DNA of 64,000 bases, taken from assembly GCF_963506605.1 (NCBI RefSeq), contig NC_083281.1, positions 56,730,001 to 56,794,000 on the forward strand, read 5' to 3'. Source of the DNA: Zootoca vivipara. Its lineage: Eukaryota. Position 1 is the first letter of the stretch. Each line of letters opens with the position of its first letter. Below, in pieces: positions 1 through 10,974 of this stretch. Both the position numbers and the translations under genes were made by a program. The notes under the pieces were generated by a model. It did no database searches, had not been told where the DNA came from, and was given only the letters and a program-made list of their open reading frames with translations.

Positions 1-900
1 CGGAAAACCCGGTGGGGGAGGCAGAACCCCCAGCTGCGCCACGGCCGCCCCGACAGCCCAGCAGGAAGGCAGCCGTCCTGGGCCGGAGTCCCCGCGGCTG
101 CCCCGTTTCGGCTCCTCACCTCGGCCAAGACTCACGGGCCCTTTCCTCAGGGACGCGGGGAATTTGGAAAACAGGGGGCAGGCGGGGCCTGGGGGCTGAG
201 ACGCGCTGGCTGACTGGCTTGCTGCTGCCCTCGCCGGGTCGCTCCAGGTGCCGCCGCCGCTGCTCCGCAGACAGACAATGAGCCGCTTTCAGACGTGGCC
301 GCCGCCGCGTCCCGGAGCGGCCGCCGGAGGGAGGCGCCAAGGAGGGGCCGGTCCAGGGCGGGAGGCCGAGCAGCCCCCTCTGCGGGAGGTGGGCTCTGCG
401 CTCAGGCCAGCCCCCTGCAAGGTGGTGCGCGCCGTCCAGGCTCCGCCATCCTCCATCTCCGCCCCTCAGCCGAGAGCTCCAAGGACGACGGAGGCGCTGC
501 TTCTCGCTTACCACGCGTGACCGGCCTTTCGGCCCCCAAATGCCTGATGAGGGGATGCCACACCGAGTGGAGGCGGAGGAACCCGACGGCGCTACCAACA
601 GGCGGCAAGGCGGACGCTCCGCTCCCGACAAGGCTGCTCGACTCAGGATGCTGACCCGCCTTTCTCGCGCACGCTGTCGCTCAGGCGCCCGTCCCGTGGC
701 TTTAAGGGCAAGAAGGAGCCGCGTAGACCACCAGGCCCGCTGCTTCGTGCAGCCTGCTGCCGTAGCCCCTGCCCTGCAGTGGACTAGGAAGTAGACTCGA
801 CACTGATCGGGTCTACCTTGCAGAACTGCTTGTAGAACTCCTAAGGGCGTCATGCATGCGAAAGCCTTAGGACGCTGCTGGGCCAGCGCTTTGGCGTCTA
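1..900. promoter_or_regulatory. CpG island; probable promoter and non-coding first exon of a minus-strand gene running off the left edge (CHST6/CHST5-like by synteny, not verifiable here)
   Basis: Very GC- and CpG-rich. Minus-strand donor GAG|GTGAGG with the exon ending at 120. No recognisable coding homology. Gene identity is inferred only from human gene order (CHST6/CHST5 next to TMEM231). Confidence 0.5.
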
Positions 901-1316
901 ATTTGCAGTCCGTGAAAGGACGGGGGCGAGGCAAAGTGCAGCCTGCTGCCTTTCCAGCCTCCCCCCATGTAAACGAGGCAGCTGTAGTTGCCCATGCCTA
1001 TCACTCTCTTCCTGCCCCCCCCCCTGCTCATTTATAAAAGTATATAAAATACTTCCTCGCAGGGGTGCCAACTTGAATAAAATAATGGGGGGGGGAGGTA
1101 AGCGCCGCCCCACATATCACAAGATATGTGTACGCACAGTTGAACGGCAATGCCCTTCAACTTGGGGGAGGGGGGACGCCGGTATTTTTTATTTTTTTCT
1201 ACATTCTAATGCAGTCCTGAGCAGCCTTTTGGCTGCAACCAATAAGAGCAGAGACTGACTTTCCTCATAAACTGCCATAAAACATTAACAGCAAAATGGA
1301 CTAAAGGCAAAAGGGT

Positions 1317-1468
1317 ATAGCACAGTCAAAGGATGTGGCATCGCACATGGTTTTGTATGCAAAACGTCAGTCCCCAGCCTCTCCAAGATAGGGGTTGGGA
1401 AAGATTCCAGTTGATAATACCAAGCTAGATGGATCAGACTCAATATAAAGCAGCTTCCTATGATTCCT
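1317..1468 (+). mobile_element. Degenerate tRNA-related squamate SINE (same family as 43577-43773, 58451-58637, 62680-62845)
   Basis: Shares body and tail motifs (...gctagatgga...aagcagcttcctatg) with the other copies. Boundaries approximate. Confidence 0.45.
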
Positions 1469-3718
1469 AGAAAACACCACTGGCCACAATCAGAACCTGC
1501 CTCTTAGGCTTGGATGGCTGGTTTTACGGAAGACCCAATGCCGCTCTATGGTGGAGTGCTGGCTGACAAACTAAGCACAGAACTGCTCAACATTGCAGCA
1601 GGGAAGACTGATGAGAACTCTTGCCTCTGGCTCAGAAGGAAGGACTGTCTAGCTAGGGGATGTTTTTTCCAATAACAGGTGTCTAGGCAGAGTGCATACG
1701 CACATACACGCACTGCCCAGTGCTCCTGATGCCTCTTCCTTAGAAGGGCTTGTTAAGCCACTGAAGTGTTTCTTTCCTCAGGGCTTGTCTGGGGTAGTTG
1801 AAAGGGACTGTAAGAGGCCAGTTCTGTTTATCCCACAACCACCACCTTCTTTTTCCAGGCAAGAAAAGGAGAAGCTAGCAAACCACCAGTGCTCTTTAGG
1901 ATCACTCAGCCACAGAACAGCCCCTTCTTGCCAGAGGAAGCACATAAAGCCCACTGGAAGAAAAATATTGATGCTTCTGAAGTTCTGCACTACTGAGCAA
2001 CACCCGCGCTGCAAACCCTGCCTGTCACCTGCCACCTGCCTTTTTTGCCTCTTGCTCATCTTTAACCTTCAGGAAAGAGGGTGGAGCACAAGCAGAGGCT
2101 TCCTCAGCTGCAGACTGAGAGGGCTTTCAAATTTATACTTTACAGCACTTGATGCAGGGTGGGGGGGTGGCATAAGATGGAATCCTCCTGGTTTGCTGCT
2201 CCAGAAGGTTCTTTGGTGCCAAGTGGAGGCAGGCAAAGAGGCTAGTGGGCCATTGCTGCTGCCACTATCACAGCCGTAGCCATCACCCACTGACTTTGCA
2301 AATGGAGAGAAAGGGAAAGCCGACACAGACCTTAGCCTAGGCAATCAAACTTTGTCTGTAAAAGTTTCCTAAAGGGAAGCTCAGTCTAGTTTTACACATC
2401 TACACCTGCACAAAATTCAGTATGAAAAAGACACACCCCTTCTATGGCAGGCCTCCTGGAGCTTTTAACAGTCTCACTCACTGTTATCGACGGACACCCA
2501 ATAGCCAGTGTGGGGGTCCTGCAGAATCTTGTAATGAAGTATTGTCTTTATTGATTACATTTATATCTCACCTTCGGCGACATCAAGGTGATGCACATGA
2601 TTCTCCCTCTCCCCAGTTTATCCTCACAATAGTACTTACTGTGAGGTAGGTTGCACTGAGATAATGGCTGCCTAGTGGGTTTCATAGCTGAGTTGGGATG
2701 AAAATTCCAGTTTCCCAGGTCTTACTTAGTCCAACATGCTAATCACTTCACCACACTGGCTCAGATAAAAAAGATAAATGAAGGAGTGGTACTGCCTTAT
2801 TCCAGTAATGCACAGTTCTAGCCTAATTGAGTCTAAATTACATTTTAAGGCTGTTTTACAAACTGCAAACAGTGCCTGCTCCCCCTCTATTTTTTCATTC
2901 TAGTGGCAAATGATTTTGTTGCAGAAAACTTCTGGAGAACTCAAGTCTTGCTCACTACTTTGTAACATTTTAATTGATTCTAATAAAAGTTATTATGCTT
3001 CCCTTGCCGTTGTTCCTACTGGAACAATTTTTTAAGAATTTCCACAGTTGCCTCCTTTGCACTATTTAGCTATAGGAATCTTCTGAGGGACAAGAAACTG
3101 AAAATACCTCACCAGGATACGCCATTTTATGTCCAGGTGCAAGCTTCCAGGATGTCACTTTGACATCCAATGAAGACAGTTTTGTTAAATAAATAAAAAA
3201 ACACTAAACAAAAAAACTAAATCCAGGCTTTTAAAATCTTCTGTTAATTACTTTTCTGCTTTGCATTTATTTTATTTCTGCTAAATGCTTTTAATTTGTA
3301 GTGTTTAACAGTTTATTTAACATTTGTTTTAACATTAACTTTTTTTGTAAACCACCCTAGGAACGTGCTGGAGAGTGAGAATAAATGAACTAAACTGTAC
3401 AAAACAGGCATGCTTGCTCTGCTGTGGGAGATGGGCAGGCTTCTCCTCTCAGACTGAACAGACCAGCTAATGCTGCCTTCTTGGAAATGCAATTTTATTG
3501 CTGCTTTTTCATTCGGCTATGTTCGTTTCTATGTTAAAATCCCTATGTAGGATTACAACAACGGGGGATTAACCAAACCTGCAAGCCTGAAATTCAGTGG
3601 AGAAATAACAAAACATAATCCATTATAAAAGTATTAAAGAGAATGAATTTACTTAAAACAGTGTATCTCATTATCAACTGAAGCTCCTTCAGCCACTCTC
3701 TGGGTGTGTGCATATAGT

Positions 3719-3808
3719 TATAGCTGCCAAGTTATCCCTTTTTTTAAGGGAAATTCCCTTATGCTGAATAGGCTTCCTCGCGAGAAAAGGGAAAACTTGG
3801 CAGCTATG
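3719..3808. mobile_element. 90-bp hAT-type MITE, copy 1 (probably in the TMEM231 3' UTR)
   Basis: Near-identical to 10044-10133 and 63212-63301. TIRs (c)ATAGCTGCCAAGTT..TCCC. Only a 5-bp flank duplication (atagt) is visible here. Confidence 0.85.
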
Positions 3809-4069
3809 ATAGTGTTTGAAATACAACTGAAGACCAAATGCAAGGCAGCAAATTAGGTTCCCCATATGCTGCTCACATAGCACCTCAAGTGGAAATACTT
3901 GGCTCAGAGAGAACTGAAATACAGAGTTCTTTTCACCCTTGCAATAAGCCTTGACCACAAACACACAGGTGCCTCCTCATTTTCAATGTCCAAAGCTGCT
4001 GAAGAAAAAAGTGAAAGCATGGGATATTTATTCATCCTGTTGGAGTTTTAGGTATTTTTAGGAGCATGT

Positions 4070-7000
4070 TCAGGACTGGTGCTCTTTATATAACAACCCA
4101 GGGGGAACTGGTGTCACTGGTACTGTGGTTAGCACTTGATTCTGGAAAAGGAAGATTTTTATTCTTTCAAAAATCCAAAGAAAGATCAGCAGGATGGCAA
4201 CATACTGAATCCAGGCAAACTTAATCATCTCCCAGAAACCTGGCTGATATGTAGCAAGAGTCAAGGAAAATTAGATTTTCAAGTGTTGTCACGCATATTC
4301 AGAATACACACCTCCAACACATATGACCAGCAAAGTGAGAGATTAGATCTGCATCTAGAAGAAAGGGGGTTGAGAACACTCAATAAACAATAGGAGACGT
4401 AAGGAAAACTCCCATCCCAATGCAAGTACAAGTTACGAACATAAGATGAGCCTTCTGTAACAGGCCAACAGCTTATCTAGTCCAGCATCCTCTTCTCAAA
4501 GCTGCCAAGCAGATGCCTGTGGGAAGCCTGCAAGCTGGACAGCAGTGCAACACGCTGCTCACTTGTGATTCCCAGCAATTGTATTCAGAGGCATAATGAT
4601 TCTGAGAGTGGAGGTAGAACATAGTCATCAAGGCTAGTAGCCACTGATAGCCTTGCTCTCCATGAATCTGCCTAATCTTTTAAAGCCATCCAAATTGGTG
4701 CCCATCACTGCTTCCTGTGGGAGCGAGTTTAATGGTGTGCTGCGTGAAGAAGTATTTTCTTCTTCTAACATTCAGCTTCACTAGATGCCCATGAGTTCAT
4801 GAGAGAGGAAGAAAAACTTTCCTCTATCCACTTTCTCCATGCTATGCATATGCTGCAACCTTTCCTCAGTGGAGTTGCTCCATCCTCTCGATCGTTTTGG
4901 TTGCAGTTTTCTGAACTGTTTCCAAATCCATACTATTCTTTCTGAGGTAAGTTTGTCAGTTCTTATTTTGTCTATTAAATCTACATCTCTCATCAATGCC
5001 ATCTGCCTCAGTACCTAAGACTTAGTTCACATACTAGGATCTCTCCTATTATCTTCCTCTGCAAAGATACAAATAACTTCTCCACAATCTCATACTCTTT
5101 TGACACACATTTGACTCCTTTGTCATGCTGGCATACTCCTGCCCCTCAGGGGACCTTTCCTGATCTGAGATATACACTCCAGTTGAGCTTCTAATATGGT
5201 GCTTTTAAACAACTCCCAAGGATTTTGGAGTAATTTGACCCTCTTGACTTTGCCTATTAGCTTTCTTTTTACCAGTACTGTACTCACATTTTAAGGAAGT
5301 TTCCTTTTTTGAAGTCAAAAGTGACTGTGTGTTGGACTTTCCTGGCAACTGACTAATAGCGCTATGGTCACTGTTCCCAACTGGCTCAACAACACTTACA
5401 TCTTGCACAAGGGTGCTGGGCACCATTAGATCCCAGGTGACTGTCCCCTCTGGTTGATTCCATGATGAACTGTTTAGGGCACAGTCATTTAAGGTATCTG
5501 GAAATTTTATCTCTTTGTCACAACTGGAATACATATGTGGCCACTCTATGTGAGGGTAGTTGAAGTCACCCACAGCTACAACATTTCCTATTTTGGGTGC
5601 TTTCTTGATTTCAGCCCTAATCTCAAGTTAATCTTCTTGCAATCAGCCACCTTTGGTGGTCTGCAGTGACACCACCTTGCCTCCAGGCAAGTTTCACGGA
5701 ATTCTTCATCAGGCATTCTCTATTGGTCCAACCCAGCAGCTACCTTCTCCACATTCAGATTGTAGAACACTACCTACCAAGTGCCACGCTTGCCAAGCAC
5801 AGCTCAAAACAGCTTCCACCACTTTCATGCCAGACTGAGATGAAGTGGGCCAACCCACAACCACCTGGAGCCAAAGGATATAGGATCAGTTCCACTGGGT
5901 AGTGAATGGTTGTCTGGACCACAAATGGTGCATCAGGCGCTCTTCCAACCACCCAGATAGGGCCAGGACCAGACAAAATTGTTGTGACTGCAAAGGAAAC
6001 AACAAAGACCTTGTGGGCATTTGGTCATAATTCTGAAGTAGCTGGTGAAAAACAAGTATCAGTTAACCTAGAAAGGACTGTGCACAATCCAAACTCACCA
6101 TTCCTCTCCTGATATGATGCAACGATGTTCAGAAGATCATAGTCCCGGGCAAAAGGGCTTGTACCATTGATCACAGATACCTGTCACAGTGAGATCACTT
6201 TGTATTAAAAAAAACAAGAACAGACATGTTGGGGAAGGCCACACAAGTCTCAGGCAAGAGATAAGAGTGATACAGACCAGAAGGGCCCCTGTCTGCTTCA
6301 GCCCTAGCAATACCCCTTCCTATTCAGGGTAGACATGCTCCAGCTATAATGGGTGGCCGTCAAAGAGATCCCTAGACTTTCTGAAGTCTCTTTAGCCCTT
6401 TATGAGATTGTTGCTTGGCAATACCACAGTACAGGTGAATTTTATACTATGTGAAATTAGTATCTCCTCCACTGTATAACCTGAATATCAAACAGTGCAC
6501 ATTTCAATGGCATGACCACACTTTGCAATTAGTGCATGACTCTAGCAGCATCAGTTCCAGTGGAAAAGACACCACAAAGGGCAACAAAACTGCTTGAAAG
6601 GACTGAAATGTAAAAGGCCACTCACATTATATCTGCTGTCCAGCCCAGTATGACTAAGTGGCTGCCTCTGGTGAAGCTTCAGGTCTCCGCTCACAAATAC
6701 CTTTGATCCTGGCAAAGGGGAAGAGGCCTGCCAAAAGGCCATGCTCTGCATCACGAATGTAGACATTCTCTGAAACGGAAGCATAGAGGAGGAGAGAGAA
6801 AAGGAAAGGTTTATGGCTCAGCCTTAATCATTCTACAAGTGATACAAACACAGCACTCAGAATACCAAAGCTTCCTATCTGGTAGGCAGAGCATTGGGCT
6901 GGACGTATGTAAAACAAATGATCAGAACAATCCAATATAGAAAAGGAGGGAATACAGCGTTTTAACGGGTGGCCTGCATTATGTATTGCATTATGACTGC

Positions 7001-10000
7001 ACCTTAAAAAAAAAAAAATTAGCATGAACTAAACCAAGCAATAAAGCACACATGTAGTGTCCCAAGCAAGTCCTTCCATGAAATTGCATCTCTTCCATGA
7101 AGCCTATGGCCCAAAGTGCTCTTCCCCTGCTGCTGGGTGTCACCCGTGTCCCAGCTGCGGGTGTACATGCACCCACCAAGCCCTTTTTGGCACATGCAGC
7201 ACCCCCACCCCCACAATAGCCAGCATAAAACTTCTTTCAAGCTTAATTGCAGTTTGTGTGCATGTGTCACAACTGGGGAGGAGAGGCTTAACTCCTCCCA
7301 ACTATGACCTCTCCTCACCAAAAAACCTGCATAGAAAGCTGTTCCTCTAGCTGAGCATGGGATACTGAGTAAATGAAGCAGCTGCCGCCATCACCACAGC
7401 AAGTAAGAGGATTAGGCTGCCTTTCCTCAAACACTGAGTGGCACCTAGAAAGCTATGGCTTGTGGCACTCACCTGCAACTGATAGGTAAATGTCAAAATG
7501 AGCTGGATCCCAACTATTTGCTCTGTAGCTTGAAGTGGAAGCTCCAGATGAAAATTTAACAGGTCCATCATTCCATCTTGATTTGAGTCTTCCTCTCTAG
7601 CCTAGCAAGCATAACAGGAACTTTTATTAAAGCAAACTTCTTAGCAATAATTTCAATTACATGTCAGCTACAGAGATGCGATGTCAGGTAAAGAGGAAAC
7701 ACGCACCCCAATACAGATGCTAGATTCAATATAGGCAAAGGTGCCTGCACCAAAGGACCCTTGCAATGGCAGAGTACAGCCACCTACAGGATCATGCAAA
7801 GCTGGTGATAAGCCCAGGTCAGATGGGAAATGTAGGCCCCATTTCAATAATCTTTACCAAAGGTCCCCTCTTTGCCTCTGCTAGGGAACTTGGAGTAGGC
7901 CTCCACCTGCTCAGTCCCTCTGTTCTGTTCTGGCCACAAAAGTTTCAGGTGCAAATTGGTCTCTGAGGCAGCCTTCAAGTCATCCACTTTAATGTTGATT
8001 GTTCAGAGTAAGTTTGGGATTTGGGGGCCTCCATAATTATGTCAGATTTGCTGAAATCAGTGACCTAGAAGCCAAAGACCCATGGAGCAAACTGACTCTC
8101 CAGATGTTACAAGACTCTCATCAAGGGGTGATGCCAGCAACATCTGGAGAGTCACTGATTTCCCATCAAGATTTATGGCCTAATTAACCAGTGGCATGAC
8201 AGCCACTAGCCCATTTGCTCTCAGGTACTTCTTCCCACTGCTTCATTCGCAAGTCTCCAGCTGTAGGCAGACAAAGCAGAGCACAGACACTTTTTGCCTC
8301 ACACCATCAGCCAAACAGATTCATTTTAAAGGACTATGTTGTGGCAGCAACCATCTCTGTCTTGGCTCACCCAGTGCAGTCATCCTAGGTGGTGACTGCC
8401 CTAGGAAAAGCAGTTGAACCCCACTTCAAGCCTTGATTGCCAGTAACCCACTTCCATGATTTTGCAACACACTCTGTGGATAAAATCACTCAAGCCACAG
8501 CTTTGACCACAGAGCCAGTCTGAGGTGTCAGAAATTTAATCACCTCCAACTTCAATCAGTGTCACTTTGTTTCATTCTCTGATATGGCAAACGTGCACTC
8601 TGATTCAAACAGAACTGGCACCAATGAACTGGCTACCAGCAGCAAATTAGGCCAAAGTTTACCCTGGCTATTGAAAACCAGTTGGGTTAGGAAGAGGCTA
8701 GGGGTCTTTATTGGCTGAGGAAACTGGGTTCTCATCTAGACAGTACAGGAGTAGCACAGCCTTGAGTCTGTCATTATCACTTCCTAACTTAGCAGGGCTC
8801 CTTGATCACTGCAGATGGTGACAGCAGTCACAAAATTAAAAGATGCCTGCTTCTTGGGAGAAAAGCAATGACAAACCTAGACAGCATCTTAAAAAGCAGA
8901 GACATCACCTTGCCTACAAAGGTCCGTATAGTTAAAGCTATGGTTTTCCCAGTAGTGATGTATGGAAGTGAGAGCTGGACCATAAAGAAGGCTGATGGCC
9001 GAAGAATTGATGCTTTTGAATTATGGTGCTGGAGGAGACTCTTGAGAGTCCCATGGACTGCAAGAAGATCAAACCTATCCATTCTGAAGGAAATCAGCCC
9101 TGAGTGCTCACTGGAAGGACACATCCTGAAGCTGAGGCTCCAATACTTTGGCCACCTCATGAGAAGAGAAGACTCCCTGGAAAAGACCCTGATGTTGGGA
9201 AAGATTGAGGGCACTAGGAGAAGGGGACGACAGAGGACGAGATGGTTGGACAGTGTTCTCGAAGCTACGAACATGAGTTTGACCAAACTGCGGGAGGCAG
9301 TGGAAGACAGGAGTGCCTGGCGTGCTATGGTCCATAGGGTCACGAAGAGTCGGACACGACTAAATGACTAAACAACAACAACAACAAGTATTGCTGGTGA
9401 AAAAGAAAAGCTGAATTGCTGGGAGAGCAAGTCCTCTCTGCTGGGACTGTTGCTGTCCCTAGTCTAGTGCTGGGTATTGGCAGGCCTTCCCACTTGGACT
9501 GACTGAGTTGCCATCCACTGGATTTGGGCTTGCAGCAGACTTAATGTACCTTTGTTTAGTCGAGTCGGACACGACTAAACGACTAAACAACAAACTTAGC
9601 AGGAGATATGAGAGCAGGTGATGGTCTTCCAAACGCACGTGGAAACCAGGAGAAAGGGCAGCCAGGAAGAGCTTCTAGGAAAAGGGTACTGTAGACCAGC
9701 AACCTCCACTCAGCCTTTCATTCTAGAGACAACATACTGTGCTGGGAGGTGGGCGGGGGTTCCAGGTGGGCAAAGAGTCACTCTTTTGTGGCTATATACA
9801 GGTAGGTAGCCGTGTTGGTCTGATGCAGTCGAAACAAAATAGAAAAATTCCTTCCAGTAGCACCTTAGAGACCAACTAAGTTTGTCATTGGTATGAGCTT
9901 TCGTGTGCATGCACACTCATTCAGAGGTGTGGCTATAGTTGCTGTCAACATCGGGCCCTTAGAAAGCCTGAGCTCAGCAGTCATCATCGTCAACGCTGCT

Positions 10001-10624
10001 CGTGCCCGGCTCGTATTTACCGACGGATCTAAAGGGCTATTGGCATAGCTGCCAAGTTTTCCCTTTTCTCGCGAGGAAGCCTATTCAGCATAAGGGAAAA
10101 TCCCTGTAAAAAAGGGATAACTTGGCAGCTATGGCTATTGGAGGGAGGAAACCCGTCCGCGGCCGATGCTCTGAGAGTCGCCCCCACTGGCCGCCCCAGC
10201 AAGAGGCACTTTGCACGCGCTCAGTGGCGCCTACCGAGACGAGCGGGACGCGCAGGCGGTCGCCTAGCAAGCGGTTGCAGGCGGGAAAGGAGCTCCAGCC
10301 CACGAAGCCGCCGCCCTCCATCAGCCCCACCAGCAGCACCTCATGCCGGAAGCGGACGCTCGGCTGCTCCGCGTAGCTGCTCCGCTTCAGCCAGAAGCCT
10401 GGAAGGGAAGAAGAAGCAGCGCAGGTCAGAGGGAAGGAGGGAGCAGGACGGGGAAGTGGCGCCCTGGTGGCCATCCGCTACCCACCGTGGCTCCGGTAGG
10501 CCACCAGCAGCGGCGGCACGTAAGTGAGCACGCCCAGAAGCAGCAGCCCGAGCGCCGTCAGCGAGCACAGCGAGACCCGGTGCCGCCGCCCGCCGCTTTC
10601 GGAGACCACCTCTAGCCAGGCCAT
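4070..10624 (-). CDS. TMEM231: Transmembrane protein 231 (ciliary transition zone, MKS complex), 314 aa, 7 coding exons
   Basis: Exons (-): 10486-10624, 10235-10398, 7473-7601, 6626-6769, 6099-6180, 5882-5987, 4070-4250 = 945 nt, frame closes. Peptides [40 protein letters not shown] and [16 protein letters not shown] match vertebrate TMEM231. Confidence 0.97.
4251..5881 (-). other. TMEM231: U12-type (minor spliceosome) AT-AC intron, TMEM231 intron 6
   Basis: 5' site ATATCCTTT (5881-5873), branch point TTCCTTGAC (4268-4260), 3' end ...GCTAC. The junction CT|A restores the frame L-Y-Q-P-G. Confidence 0.95.
4437..5625 (-). mobile_element. Degraded CR1-clade LINE fragments (endonuclease, RT C-terminus, 3' UTR)
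   Basis: ORF 5205-5573 has the APE motifs [10 protein letters not shown] and [12 protein letters not shown] 4781-5002 resembles a CR1 ORF2 C-terminus (EERL). Frameshifted and internally deleted; boundaries approximate. Confidence 0.75.
8797..9592 (+). mobile_element. 5'-truncated RTE-BovB LINE, composite insertion (BovB 3' end + foreign ~165 bp + inverted tail + second tail)
   Basis: ORF 8802-9371 is nearly identical to the C-terminus of the 901-aa ORF. First tail ends ~9387; second tail 9563-9592. TSD AACTTAGCAGG at 8786-8796 and 9593-9603. Confidence 0.92.
10044..10133. mobile_element. 90-bp hAT-type MITE, copy 2 (opposite orientation; TMEM231 intron 2)
   Basis: TIRs CATAGCTGCCAAG. Perfect 8-bp TSD GCTATTGG (10036-10043 and 10134-10141). 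Confidence 0.92.
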
Positions 10625-10974
10625 GGCGACAGCCCGTCACCCGGGCAACGGCCGCGGGCAGCCGCGCGCCACTGCGGCTCGGGCGCTGTCAACCAATCAG
10701 CGCGGGAAGGGCGCGAAGATGTATGCGCGGAGGGCCGGGCCTCGCGACGTGATCACTGCGCCGTCCCGCTTCGCCCCACCTTCTGGAAGTCCTGGCTCCC
10801 GAGTGGTTGCCGGGAAACGGTGAGCCGGAAGTCCCGCCCGCCGTGCCGTAGTGGTGGCTGCTGCTCGTCGTTGTTGTTGTTGTTGTGACGGTGGCACTAC
10901 GGGCCCGACGGACCGAGAGGAAGACCGACAGGCCAGCCCCTCCCTTCCTTCCCCCGCCCGCCCGCACCGGCGCC
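10625..10974. promoter_or_regulatory. Bidirectional CpG-island promoter of TMEM231/GABARAPL2 with RFX X-boxes, CCAAT and ETS sites
   Basis: 350 bp between divergent ATGs. X-boxes GTCACCCGGGCAAC (10636-10649) and GTTGCCGGGAAAC (10806-10818). CCAAT at ~10693. CCGGAAGT at 10825-10832. Confidence 0.8.

Noticed and set aside
12-934. Overlapping long ORFs (up to 272 aa) at the left edge
   Set aside because: Stop-poor CpG-island sequence; low-complexity Arg/Pro/Gly peptides with no recognisable domain.
1692-2279. 195-aa ORF
   Set aside because: Non-ATG start, no homology or splice context recognised.
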